NCBI GenBank assembly: GCA_016223245.1
Contig: JACRPL010000006.1
Span: forward strand, 21,417-85,416
Source: Candidatus Saganbacteria bacterium
GTDB taxonomy: Bacteria > Margulisbacteria > WOR-1 > XYC2-FULL-46-14 > XYC2-FULL-37-10
Direction of reading: 5' to 3'
Length of the DNA stretch: 64,000 nt
Positions 18,751 to 28,258 of this stretch are shown piece after piece. The notes below the pieces were generated by a model that ran no database searches, had not been told where the DNA came from, and worked only from the letters and a program-made list of their open reading frames with translations. Positions within the stretch are counted from its first letter, which is position 1. Each line of letters starts with the position of its first letter. The position numbers and the translations under genes were made by a program.

Positions 18751-18777
18751 TGCAAGTTTTTGCCTAAATAGCTCGAT
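18751..18777 (+). promoter_or_regulatory. TGCAAGTTT-N14-CGAT motif, sigma-28-like promoter copy 3
   Basis: TGCAAGTTT ttgcctaaatagct CGATA fills the 39-bp gap between guaA and the orphan ORF, 10 nt before its ATG. Confidence 0.7.
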
Positions 18778-18787
18778 AGTTATTTAG

Positions 18788-21700
18788 ATGGCAGAAGTAT
18801 CACTAGACCCAATAACACATCAAAAGTCACCAAAGCCTGTTGTTTCGGGGCCAACGCCTGCATCGTCACAACCAGGAAGGGTAAAACAACCTCCTGCTCC
18901 AACGACAGCTCCGGCCCATGAATCCGCAAAAACATTAAAAGCTCGTCAAGCTCAACTCGACATTGAATCTGTTTCTGCTGATGAACAGGCTTTTATCACT
19001 TTGCTTGGGATAACAAAAGTGGAATTTCGGGAAATAAAAGCGATATGCAATCTTAAACAAACGGATAGGTTAACTTTTCTGCTTTCGAAAGTTAAGGGGG
19101 CAAAAAGCGGGTCTGCGGCTGTAAAAAAAGCCAAACAAAATATCAAAAAATACGAACAATGTCAAAAATATAAAGAAGCGATCCTTTCCACATTAAAGGT
19201 CCAACAGCCGGAACTATTCAAAACCTTTGAAAGCTATCAAAATAAGATTTTGGCCCGAGCATTTGCGGAAACCTTAGCCCTTTTTAGGGATGAACGAGTA
19301 TTTAAGGAATATTATGAAATATTGAACAAATATCACATAATAGATCCCTTGGCAATTGGCAGAAAAGATATAGGTAAAATGACGATTTACGAAGAGACAA
19401 TCTTTTTTCAGAGAACAGAAACAATGAGAGGATATTCGATCTCAAATATGTATTTTGAAGAAGCCCAGAGATATTTGAACATTCAAGAACAGATCCGGGC
19501 CAAAACAAATAAATATTTCTTGCAAATAATAAAGTCAAATAAATTTGGGAAAAAATTGGCCGCTATCCATAATAGAGAAACAGAAGCTATGGCGCAATTA
19601 TGGCCAAAAGATGATCTTAACCTTGAATTGACTGGACTGACAAATAAAGCCCAAAGCCTAATAAATAAATACCGTAAAATAGCTAAAGAGCTTGAAGCCG
19701 CGATCAAAACGCCGGATATTAAAGACGATGAAATGGCCAAAGCGAAATTGTCGGGGATCATCGATGAATTGCTGGCGGAAATTGGAATTGAATATAAGGC
19801 TGCTTATGTTGAAACCCCCTCAAATCCAGAAAAACAGGCTTTAAAATCATTGCTCCATATCACCGCACAATTGAAGATATTGGATAAAAAGATAATATAT
19901 TATGCCAGATTAAGCAATCCCGCCCTATCGCAGAATGAAAGGGATCTGATCGAACAGGTTAAAGGTCTATCCGAGAAAGGGATATTATTTTCGAAAGCGC
20001 CTACTGAAGCCGGAGCTTTCAAAAAATATACTTTGGCTGCATGGCTTGCGACCTATCCAAAAGAAGTACAACTTATTCTGGAAATATATGTCCGATCAAC
20101 GAAAGATTTCTTAAGGCAGATTAAAGATAATATGCCTTTGATAGGTACGGGAAAGGATAAAAGTGAGGCATTGTATTTTACCTTGCTGGCTTCGGGATTT
20201 TCCGAAAAAGAATTATTGGCGTTCGATGCCATGGCGGCGCTTGAAAGCCTCGCTGATGACGACAAGAAGGTTTTAATAGGAACAAATGAAGGGCAAATAG
20301 GAAATTGTTTAAAAGAGCTTAAGAAAACATATGATCTAATGTTATCCAGCAAGTATATAACATTAAGTCCTAAAGAAAGAGCCGCTATAAATGCTAAATA
20401 TTGTCAATTAACAAGCCTTTTATTTGGGCTTGTCGGCTCTTATCAGCGAGCAAGTTATCTGATGGAAATATCTGTTTATATGCGCAAAACCGGTGTTCAT
20501 ATTCCCGGAAAAACCCATGAGATTGAAAATTCTCCAGAAACACACGATGACCTTATTTATCACCAAGGCTTGTTGAGATTCATTAAGGCTTCTGCCGAAC
20601 AATTTGGCGTTGACCCATGGAATCTTATTGCCACTCATTTAACCGTCAGGAAAATTACCGGCGAGCCGATCGACCAAAAATATGTGGATGAGATATTGAA
20701 ACATTCATCTTTGCAAGGTTTGATCGATTTAGACGGCCAATATAATTTAGACGAGCTTAAAAAGAAATTCATTTCAGCTTTTGTTTATAAAGGGCTGGAA
20801 TCATCTTTAGCCATCCAAACTAATTATGAGGCATCGAAAGCTAAAATATTCGCATGGCTGCAAAAATATGTAGGACAAATAAGATCGGAAATATCAAAGG
20901 ATCCTCGATATGCCGGGCTCAATGAAATGGAAAATAAGCTTAGGATACTGAACCAAATATTCAGGTTTTTGTTGGAAACAAAGGTAGTGTCAAACAACGA
21001 ATTGGATATTTTTATCAAGAAAAATCCTTATGCTGAGCTAAAGATCGGGTTGGAAATGCAAAACTTGAGATCGAAGGAGGTATTCTTTACTATGGGGTAT
21101 GAGAGTCTGCCAAAAGAGGTAAAGGATGCGGTTGAAAAACACGGATTTACCGCTTTTTGCAAGGATTATGCAGCTCTCTTGGATATCTATTGGGTCCCTA
21201 ATGACAAGAAAACTTTATTTTTAGGATACACTTTTTTGGGGAAAGGCCCAATTGTCTTAACATATAAACAATCTAATTTTTTGAACAAAATAATTGACAT
21301 ATTAGTCCACGAATTAAGGCATAAAGCGGATAACGATGACTTTGAAAAATATTGCCTGGCAAACCCTAACTATAAAAAACCTTTTGATGATATCCCTATT
21401 ATGCTGACAGAACGAAATGCTGATATCCTTTCATTGGCTGTTTGTGAAGGCATCAAGCCAAGAACCTTGGCCTTAAAAAAGGAAATAGCAGAAATAAGGC
21501 GAAGAGTTGAAATATCCAATGTTTTGTTGGGGCTAAACCCGGGAGACAGGCAAATTTTAAAGCCGCCTTATAATGGGATAAAGATAGAAATGCAATCATT
21601 GTCGATCGCGCCATCGCAGATACCTTTAGAAGTGAAAGATCTTCATGCAATAAAATCAGTTTTAATTAATATGGGTTATACCGCCAAAGAACAGGGATTT

Positions 21701-21961
21701 TTGATAGATACTTGTGTTGCAGTCATTTCATCCGGTTGGATCGATCTTTCAACCCTAAATGTTCCCGGCCAAAGGAATATATTCATTGATTTTATTGAAA
21801 AATTGGTTGGGGATAAGCGAAGCAAAGGATATTATACAGATGAATTTGAGAGTCACTTAGCTCACTCGAAAAAAACAATAAATAGTAAAGTAAAAACCCC
21901 CATTGTTACATCTCAAGAGCTTAAACGGTTGATCTATAAGACGCTGCCTCTCGCCTTCTGA
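18788..21961 (+). CDS. Large orphan protein with Pro/Ser-rich N-terminus and C-terminal HEXXH zinc-metalloprotease-like motif
   Basis: 1057 aa starting MAEVSLDP; ILVHELRH followed about 30 residues later by ERNAD. Confidence 0.8.
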   Translation: MAEVSLDPITHQKSPKPVVSGPTPASSQPGRVKQPPAPTTAPAHESAKTLKARQAQLDIESVSADEQAFITLLGITKVEFREIKAICNLKQTDRLTFLLSKVKGAKSGSAAVKKAKQNIKKYEQCQKYKEAILSTLKVQQPELFKTFESYQNKILARAFAETLALFRDERVFKEYYEILNKYHIIDPLAIGRKDIGKMTIYEETIFFQRTETMRGYSISNMYFEEAQRYLNIQEQIRAKTNKYFLQIIKSNKFGKKLAAIHNRETEAMAQLWPKDDLNLELTGLTNKAQSLINKYRKIAKELEAAIKTPDIKDDEMAKAKLSGIIDELLAEIGIEYKAAYVETPSNPEKQALKSLLHITAQLKILDKKIIYYARLSNPALSQNERDLIEQVKGLSEKGILFSKAPTEAGAFKKYTLAAWLATYPKEVQLILEIYVRSTKDFLRQIKDNMPLIGTGKDKSEALYFTLLASGFSEKELLAFDAMAALESLADDDKKVLIGTNEGQIGNCLKELKKTYDLMLSSKYITLSPKERAAINAKYCQLTSLLFGLVGSYQRASYLMEISVYMRKTGVHIPGKTHEIENSPETHDDLIYHQGLLRFIKASAEQFGVDPWNLIATHLTVRKITGEPIDQKYVDEILKHSSLQGLIDLDGQYNLDELKKKFISAFVYKGLESSLAIQTNYEASKAKIFAWLQKYVGQIRSEISKDPRYAGLNEMENKLRILNQIFRFLLETKVVSNNELDIFIKKNPYAELKIGLEMQNLRSKEVFFTMGYESLPKEVKDAVEKHGFTAFCKDYAALLDIYWVPNDKKTLFLGYTFLGKGPIVLTYKQSNFLNKIIDILVHELRHKADNDDFEKYCLANPNYKKPFDDIPIMLTERNADILSLAVCEGIKPRTLALKKEIAEIRRRVEISNVLLGLNPGDRQILKPPYNGIKIEMQSLSIAPSQIPLEVKDLHAIKSVLINMGYTAKEQGFLIDTCVAVISSGWIDLSTLNVPGQRNIFIDFIEKLVGDKRSKGYYTDEFESHLAHSKKTINSKVKTPIVTSQELKRLIYKTLPLAF

Positions 21962-22938
21962 TGCTCTTTCCATGAAGAAGAAAATATATGCGAGCCGTCT
22001 TTACGTGCTACAAAATATATATAATTCGTGTTCGCGGGATAAATAGCCGCCTTAAATGACGCAAGCCCCGGATTGCATATCGGCGTTGGAGTTAGCCCCA
22101 TGTTTTTATAGGTATTATACGGCGATCGGATTTGGAGCTGTTTTAAATATACATGCTTTGTCGGATTTTCTAATATATATTTGATCGTAGGATCTGAAGC
22201 CAACGGCATTTTCATCTTCATTCTATTATAAAAAACAGATGAGATGATTGGCCTCTCTGCATCAAGTCTTGCTTCTTTTTCAATAATTGACGCTAGGATC
22301 AAAGTGTTGTAGAAGGAAAACGTACTGTTCTTTCCATTTTCTTTCCAGTAAAACCAGAGCATTACATTAAAACGTTTAAGCATCATATTGGCAAGGACTT
22401 CGGTTGAAGTTGTTTTTTCTATTATGTAAGTATCCGGGAATAAATAGCCTTCGAAAGAATAGCTATTATTGGCTTTTAGAAAATCATATTTTAGAGCTAG
22501 TGATAAAGATAAAGGCGTGTTGGTAAGCTTTCTGAATTCTTCGAAGTGAAGAAATCCGGTCTTTTGAAGGATGCTTCCCATTTTATAGATCGAAGTCCCT
22601 TCAGGAAATGTAACCTTAATTGGATTGGGCGAGTTAGTGTCGCCGCGCCTTAGTTTTATCAGTGTTGAAACAAGCGTTCCATGAGGATTAAACGTGTATT
22701 CGCCTGATTGTATCTTGTTTTGCATATTGAGCGAGAATGCCGCAAGCTTAAAAAATAAGCTATTTTCAATAACCTTATTGGATGCAAGCATATTCGCTAT
22801 CTCATTTGCGCTTGTCCCCTGGTTTATGGATATCGAGACCAGTAGATCGTTCTTGCCGGTTTGGATAAAGATGGAAAAAAAAGACAGAATAACAAGTATC
22901 AATAATAATATTGGCAAAAGAACGAGTATTTTTTTCAT
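21934..22938 (-). CDS. mltG: Endolytic transglycosylase MltG
   Basis: FPEG, EGYLFPDTY, LASIIEKEA, SPYNTY..GL.PTPICNPG. Confidence 0.93.
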   Translation of the reverse strand: MKKILVLLPILLLILVILSFFSIFIQTGKNDLLVSISINQGTSANEIANMLASNKVIENSLFFKLAAFSLNMQNKIQSGEYTFNPHGTLVSTLIKLRRGDTNSPNPIKVTFPEGTSIYKMGSILQKTGFLHFEEFRKLTNTPLSLSLALKYDFLKANNSYSFEGYLFPDTYIIEKTTSTEVLANMMLKRFNVMLWFYWKENGKNSTFSFYNTLILASIIEKEARLDAERPIISSVFYNRMKMKMPLASDPTIKYILENPTKHVYLKQLQIRSPYNTYKNMGLTPTPICNPGLASFKAAIYPANTNYIYFVARKDGSHIFSSSWKEHQKARGSVL

Positions 22939-23330
22939 TTCCTGCATTCCATATAATTCTGCAAAATAAGCGCCGCGGCCGTCTTATCAATAAACTTGCG
23001 CCTTTTTTTCTCGGAAACACCAGCTTCGTCAAACATCCTATTGGCTTGAGATGAAGTCAACCTTTCATCCCATGTAACAATTGGAATAGTAACCGATTTT
23101 TTCAATTCTTCAATAAATTCCAACACTTTTTGGGCAGAGTGCCCTATCTCGCCTCTCATGGTTTTGGGAAGACCTACTACGATCTCGGATATGTCATCAT
23201 ATTGTTTGATCGTATTTTTAACTTCGTCAATATTTGAGACCACTGCTATTCCTTGAGCGGTTAACCCGAGAGGGTCGCTTATCGCAATGCCTATTCGAAC
23301 TTCACCGTAATCGATACCCATGGTCCTCAT
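22935..23330 (-). CDS. ruvX: RuvX/YqgF RNase H-fold protein
   Basis: GIDYGEVRIGIAISD, VVGLP, WDERLTS, ID..AAALILQ; ATG overlaps the alaS TGA. Confidence 0.93.
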   Translation of the reverse strand: MRTMGIDYGEVRIGIAISDPLGLTAQGIAVVSNIDEVKNTIKQYDDISEIVVGLPKTMRGEIGHSAQKVLEFIEELKKSVTIPIVTWDERLTSSQANRMFDEAGVSEKKRRKFIDKTAAALILQNYMECRK

Positions 23331-25987
23331 ATTAATTCTATTGCCTTCTTCAGAGCTTCCTCGATCCTTGAAATATCGCGCCCACCCGCTTCGGCCTTGT
23401 TCGGCCGCCCGCCGCCGCCGCCGCCGCAAGTTTCGGCTAGTACTTTTGCAAGCTTGCCCGCATGATAGCCTTTTTTCACTAGATCATCCGTTACGATCAC
23501 CAAGAACGATATTTTATCGGATATTGTTGATGCAAGGATTATTATTCCCGATCTAAGCGAATCACGGAGTTTGTCGCCCATAATTCGCATATTATCAACC
23601 GGAACCTCTATTAACGATGCCTTAAGGACGACGATATCTTTTATCTTTTCAGTTTGTGATAGGAGAGAGTCGGCTTCTAATAAGGATTTTTTTGCTTCAA
23701 GATCGTCAATTTCTTTTTGGATGTTCTTGTTCCTCTCTCTTGCCCATTCAAGCCTTCCCTCAAGATGCTCAAGGAATTTGTTTACGCGGATCGAGTCTTT
23801 TTCATCAACTGCTTGGCCCAGGGTGTTTAATTCGGTGGGGTCAACTTCAAAAATGCCTTCATCAAGGAAAGCTCCGCCGCCAAGCAACTGCTTTTTTGCC
23901 TGAAGTATTGCGTGGTGGCGCATAAGATCATCGATCTGAATATGGAGATCTTTTGCCTTGTAAACTATGGCAGCTTTGGACAGATCTCCTGCAATTGCTT
24001 CAATTCTCCTTACTCCCGATTGTAAGGCTTCCTCTTTTATGATCTTGAAAAAAACGATATCTTTAGTATTATCAACATGACAGCCGCCGCAAAGCTCAAG
24101 GCTTAAATCGCCTATCTTTACTACCCTAACTTTGTCGCCATATTTTTCGGAAAATAAAGCCATCGCACCGAGTTTTTTTGCTTCATTGAGGTTTGTTTCA
24201 AATTTTTCGACTTTAATGGCCTTTTTAATATTCTCATTAACGATCCTCTCAACTTCAGCTGTTTCTTGTTTTGTCATCGCACGATTGAAGCTAAAATCGA
24301 AGCGCAAACGGTCAGGGCCAACGTACGATCCCGCTTGTTTTGCCATATCGCCCAAGGTTTTTCTCAAAGCCGCATGAAGCAGATGAGTTCCAGTGTGGTG
24401 GGCCATTATATTTTTTCTTTTACTTTCATCTACCTTGGCATGAACATGGTCCCCGATCTTTAAGCGATCTATATTATCGAGACGATGAAGGATCACTCCG
24501 CCAATTTCGCCGTATGTTCCAATAACAATGCTTTCGTTTATGATCCCGGTATCTCCAATTTGGCCTCCGCCCTCCGGATAAAATGGCGTCTTATCGAGAA
24601 TTACGATGTTCTCGTCAGGAATGATCTCCAATATCTTTGCGTCGGACTCAAGTTTGTCGTAACCCACAAAATTTGTTTTACCGTGTTTTTCTTCGAAAGT
24701 ATTCTTTAATCTTAAGATCGAATCCTCAAGTTTAAAGGCTCCTGCCCTTGCGCGTTCTCTTTGTTCTCCCATTAAATTTTCGAATTCAGCTTTGTTGATC
24801 GAATACCCTCTTTCAATCGCGAACTCTTCGGTTATTTCATATGGGAAGCCAAAAGTATCATGAAGTTTAAAAACATCGATTCCGGCAAGCTTTTTGTCGG
24901 TAGCATGCTTTGCAAATAGTTCTTCCAGTAATTTCATGCCTGATTCAAGTGTATTATTGAAACCGATCTCTTCAGATCTGATAGTCTCTTCGATTATTTT
25001 TGATTGGGTTGCAAGTTCAGGATAAGTTCCCTTTCCTTGTTCGATAACTGTCCTTGATAATTCCGATAAGAAGGGCATTTGCATCTTTAATTTTCTTCCG
25101 TTTAGTATCGCTCGCCTGATAATTCTTCGTAGAACATAGCCTCGCCCTTCATTTGACGGCAATACTGAATCGGAGATCAAATATGTCATCGCGCGCAAAT
25201 GGTCGGCAATTATTTTGCTGGAAGCGCTTCTATCGGGAAGTTTTTCAAAGATCGGAGTGAATAAATCCGTATCGAAATTATCTGTTTTTCCCTGCAGAAC
25301 TCTCGATATCCTCTCAAGCCCCATACCGGTATCAATATTCTTCTTTGGGAGAGGTTTTAACTCTCCGGCCTCGTTGCGATTATATTGAATGAACACAAGA
25401 TTCCATATCTCCAGGAATCTCTCGCAATCACAAGCAGGATTGCAGTCGGGCTTATCGCATTTGACGCCGGAGTCATAATATATTTCAGAACAAGGTCCAC
25501 AAGGACCTGTAGGCCCTGCTGACCAAAAATTGTTTTCCTCATCAAGCCTATAGATCTTTTCTTTGGGTATTCCTATTTTTTTATTCCAAATATCATAGGC
25601 TTCATCATCTTTTTCATAGATCGCGATGACGAGTTTTTCTTTTTCGATCTTGTAGGCTTCGGTTAAAAGCTCCCAAGCGTATGCTATCGCATCTTCTTTG
25701 AAATAATCGCCGAAAGAAAAATTCCCAAGCATCTCAAAGAATGTATGATGCCTGGTCGTCTTCCCGACATGTCCTATGTCGTTCATGCGTATGCATTTTT
25801 GTACGGTTGTAACGCGTTTATATTTTGGGGATTCGGTTCCCAAGAATATCGGCTTGAACGGAAGCATTCCCGCTAAAGTTAATAAAACTGTCGGGTCAGA
25901 CGGGATTAGCGAAGCGGAAGGCTGGCGCTTATGCCCCTTTTTCTCGAAGAATTCTAAGAATTGTTCTCTAATTTCAGAACTTTTCAT
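23327..25987 (-). CDS. alaS: Alanine--tRNA ligase
   Basis: FFEMLGNFSFGDYFK, DTGMGLER, HTGTHLLH, ELCGGCH, GGGGGRP. Confidence 0.98.
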   Translation of the reverse strand: MKSSEIREQFLEFFEKKGHKRQPSASLIPSDPTVLLTLAGMLPFKPIFLGTESPKYKRVTTVQKCIRMNDIGHVGKTTRHHTFFEMLGNFSFGDYFKEDAIAYAWELLTEAYKIEKEKLVIAIYEKDDEAYDIWNKKIGIPKEKIYRLDEENNFWSAGPTGPCGPCSEIYYDSGVKCDKPDCNPACDCERFLEIWNLVFIQYNRNEAGELKPLPKKNIDTGMGLERISRVLQGKTDNFDTDLFTPIFEKLPDRSASSKIIADHLRAMTYLISDSVLPSNEGRGYVLRRIIRRAILNGRKLKMQMPFLSELSRTVIEQGKGTYPELATQSKIIEETIRSEEIGFNNTLESGMKLLEELFAKHATDKKLAGIDVFKLHDTFGFPYEITEEFAIERGYSINKAEFENLMGEQRERARAGAFKLEDSILRLKNTFEEKHGKTNFVGYDKLESDAKILEIIPDENIVILDKTPFYPEGGGQIGDTGIINESIVIGTYGEIGGVILHRLDNIDRLKIGDHVHAKVDESKRKNIMAHHTGTHLLHAALRKTLGDMAKQAGSYVGPDRLRFDFSFNRAMTKQETAEVERIVNENIKKAIKVEKFETNLNEAKKLGAMALFSEKYGDKVRVVKIGDLSLELCGGCHVDNTKDIVFFKIIKEEALQSGVRRIEAIAGDLSKAAIVYKAKDLHIQIDDLMRHHAILQAKKQLLGGGAFLDEGIFEVDPTELNTLGQAVDEKDSIRVNKFLEHLEGRLEWARERNKNIQKEIDDLEAKKSLLEADSLLSQTEKIKDIVVLKASLIEVPVDNMRIMGDKLRDSLRSGIIILASTISDKISFLVIVTDDLVKKGYHAGKLAKVLAETCGGGGGGRPNKAEAGGRDISRIEEALKKAIELI

Positions 25988-26002
25988 AATTATTTACTTG
26001 AA

Positions 26003-26091
26003 CAAACTAACCTGCGAGTAAACCCTGCCTGCCGGTAGGCACGGCTCGCGGTTAGTTTGAATTTCATAACCACGGCGTTTAGCCGCTGGTA
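26003..26091. mobile_element. Inverted pair of REP-like hairpins (REPIN/PATE-like), one carrying a nested 20-bp palindrome
   Basis: 26009-26053 aacctgcgagtaaac[cctgcctgccggtaggcacg]gctcgcggtt and 26068-26091 aaccacggcgtttagccgctggta; the second supplies the tmk stop codon. Confidence 0.72.
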
Positions 26092-26690
26092 GAAAAATAT
26101 TTCTCAATCTCCTCCCTAATTCTATTTTGTACATCTTCAACCGGCATCGTACTATTAATGACCTTAACTCTTTTTTTATCGTTTTGGGCGATCTCCAAAT
26201 ATTTATCCCTGACCCTTTCATGAAAGGCGACGATCTCTTTTTCAAATCGGTCGATATTCCCTCTTTCTTTCGCCCTCTTGAGGCCAACTTCGACCGGAAC
26301 ATCGAGCAGGATAGTAATATCGGGAACTAGTCCGCGGCTCGCTACCCAATTTACATATCTTACCAAATCTTCTGGAAGGCCGCGGCCCCCCAATTGGTAT
26401 GCCAGAGTTGAATCCATATACCTATCGCAGATAATTGTTTTCTTTTTATCTAGCGCCGGTTTAATTATTTTTTCAACATGCTCTACCCTGTCTGCCGCGA
26501 AAAGGAAAATTTCCGACAGTATTTCCGGCTCTTTTTCCAATAAGATCTTTCTTAATTCCATTCCAAGCGATGTTCCGCCTGGTTCTTTGGTTATCACGAC
26601 ATCTTGGCCTTTAGATGCAAGGTATTTTGATAATAATTCGATCTGTGTTGTTTTTCCGCAGCCTTCCCCGCCTTCAAAAGAGATGAACAT
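26079..26690 (-). CDS. tmk: Thymidylate kinase
   Basis: FISFEGGEGCGKTTQ, KEPGG, CDRY.DSTLAYQ, DRFE. Confidence 0.97.
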   Translation of the reverse strand: MFISFEGGEGCGKTTQIELLSKYLASKGQDVVITKEPGGTSLGMELRKILLEKEPEILSEIFLFAADRVEHVEKIIKPALDKKKTIICDRYMDSTLAYQLGGRGLPEDLVRYVNWVASRGLVPDITILLDVPVEVGLKRAKERGNIDRFEKEIVAFHERVRDKYLEIAQNDKKRVKVINSTMPVEDVQNRIREEIEKYFSTSG

Positions 26691-26698
26691 GTTCCCTC

Positions 26699-28258
26699 CT
26701 AGTTTATGCCGAAGTTGAAATTAAATTCATTCCTCATTACACGATATGCAAAAGTTATATTGAAGCAATGGATCCCGATGCGGACAAGATAATCGAATTC
26801 TCGGGGACTTAAATCCGGTAAATTATATAAAACGTTGATACCGTATTTGCTTCCATCATTTCCTGCCATAAATCCCGCATTTATTTGGTTTGAAGCTGTA
26901 AAGCGATACATTTCATAAGTAAACGGGCTTGTTCCTCTATTTAGGATGAAAGTCCTAAATCCCACACCGGTTGATAAGAATGGGGACCATGTCTTGTACA
27001 ATTCAAGGCCGCCAACGGTTTTTAGCCAACGGGTCCCGTTGCCGCCTTGCCTGCCGGCAGGCAGGTAGAAAGAATGGTCGTTATCCAAAATAACCTTTAT
27101 TATGCCGATTTGAAGGTCGAGAAGCGATGCCGAAACGCCAAGTTTTGCGTTTGAATAAGTTTGTGATGCCCCAGATGATTCTTCGGAAATAAACCCGAGA
27201 GAGAGAGATCCTGACATATCAAATTTATCATATGCCCATTTTTTAAGCGACAAAGATAAAAGCGGGAACTGGCTTACCCTTTCATAATTTATCCTTTCAT
27301 TTAATGCCATTTTGGACGAAAGCTCGAATTGTTTAACAGTATCAATGTTAAATAATTTTAGGGCGAACGGCCCATCGCTCTTTACTTCATTGCCAAAAAG
27401 ATAATTATGGGCAAATATGACAGAGATCGGGTCTTTCGAATCCCCGGATATTTTGAAATTTCCGCTGTTTTGGGCGTCTTTAATATAATTAAGGTCTAAT
27501 CCGGCCCCAAGATATTTCTTCGCAGCATAGTTTACCGCGATATTTCCGCTCAAGCTCCTGCTTACATGCCAAGGCAAGCTTTGGGAAATATAAGCTCCAT
27601 CAAGATCGTTTGATCCAAAAACCGGATAAGGCATTTGGTGGGCCAAACCTTTTTCTTCGGCTTTAAGGTCGTATATATAGACTGGTACCGGTGTCGTAGC
27701 TACGCCGTCCAGCCAAAACCTGGCCCAATAACAAATAAGCCATCCGTCCTTGGGATATAAAATAATATTATCGGCCTGAAAATGATAATGCGGTGTAAAT
27801 AGATCGCAAGTCGTGAATTCCGCATTTTTTAGGTCAATTTTGTCCTCGTCCATCTTAACTAGGTCTCCAGTCAGCGTAACATTTTTGTAGAGCAATTTTA
27901 CTTTATTTGCAGCACCGATCCTTGTGTTTAGATTGAAATCTAATACATCTCCCGAAAAATAAAGGCCTTGATATAGAAGTTTGAAGCCCGCATCCGTTTT
28001 AATATTCTTGTCCGCCGTAAAATATAAGAATTTTTCGCCAGATGCCTTGAGGTCTTTATATGTTACCTCGACTGATCCTATCGCTTCGACATATTTCCCG
28101 TCATCGGAATAATTGAGCGTTTGGGCGTTGATCGAGAGATCCTTGTCTTGGGCAAAGACTTGCGTTGATAATATAATAAGCAAAATGACCAATGACCAAT
28201 GACCAATGACCAACAAGGAATAGATTATAGAATAAATACATTGTTGGGATTTGGTCAT
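26699..28258 (-). CDS. LptD/OstA-like outer-membrane protein
   Basis: Signal peptide, OstA-like N-terminus (INAQTLNY, EAIGSVEV, NAEFTTCD..PHYHF), beta-strand-rich C-terminus ending FNFNFGIN. Confidence 0.75.
   Translation of the reverse strand: MTKSQQCIYSIIYSLLVIGHWSLVILLIILSTQVFAQDKDLSINAQTLNYSDDGKYVEAIGSVEVTYKDLKASGEKFLYFTADKNIKTDAGFKLLYQGLYFSGDVLDFNLNTRIGAANKVKLLYKNVTLTGDLVKMDEDKIDLKNAEFTTCDLFTPHYHFQADNIILYPKDGWLICYWARFWLDGVATTPVPVYIYDLKAEEKGLAHQMPYPVFGSNDLDGAYISQSLPWHVSRSLSGNIAVNYAAKKYLGAGLDLNYIKDAQNSGNFKISGDSKDPISVIFAHNYLFGNEVKSDGPFALKLFNIDTVKQFELSSKMALNERINYERVSQFPLLSLSLKKWAYDKFDMSGSLSLGFISEESSGASQTYSNAKLGVSASLLDLQIGIIKVILDNDHSFYLPAGRQGGNGTRWLKTVGGLELYKTWSPFLSTGVGFRTFILNRGTSPFTYEMYRFTASNQINAGFMAGNDGSKYGINVLYNLPDLSPREFDYLVRIGIHCFNITFAYRVMRNEFNFNFGIN
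27046..27065. repeat. 20-bp palindrome CTTGCCTGCCGGCAGGCAGG inside the lptD-like gene
   Basis: Encodes LPAGRQG on the minus strand; same palindrome as nested at 26024-26043 and 31622-31641. Confidence 0.85.

Noticed and set aside
23404-23426. (GCC)n run and poly-Arg N-terminus of the ruvX track ORF
   Set aside because: The run encodes the conserved GGGGG motif of AlaRS; ruvX starts at 23330.
25994-26302. 102-aa minus-strand ORF sharing NREPCLPAGRV with MutS
   Set aside because: Overlaps tmk out of frame; the shared peptide only reflects the DNA hairpin element.
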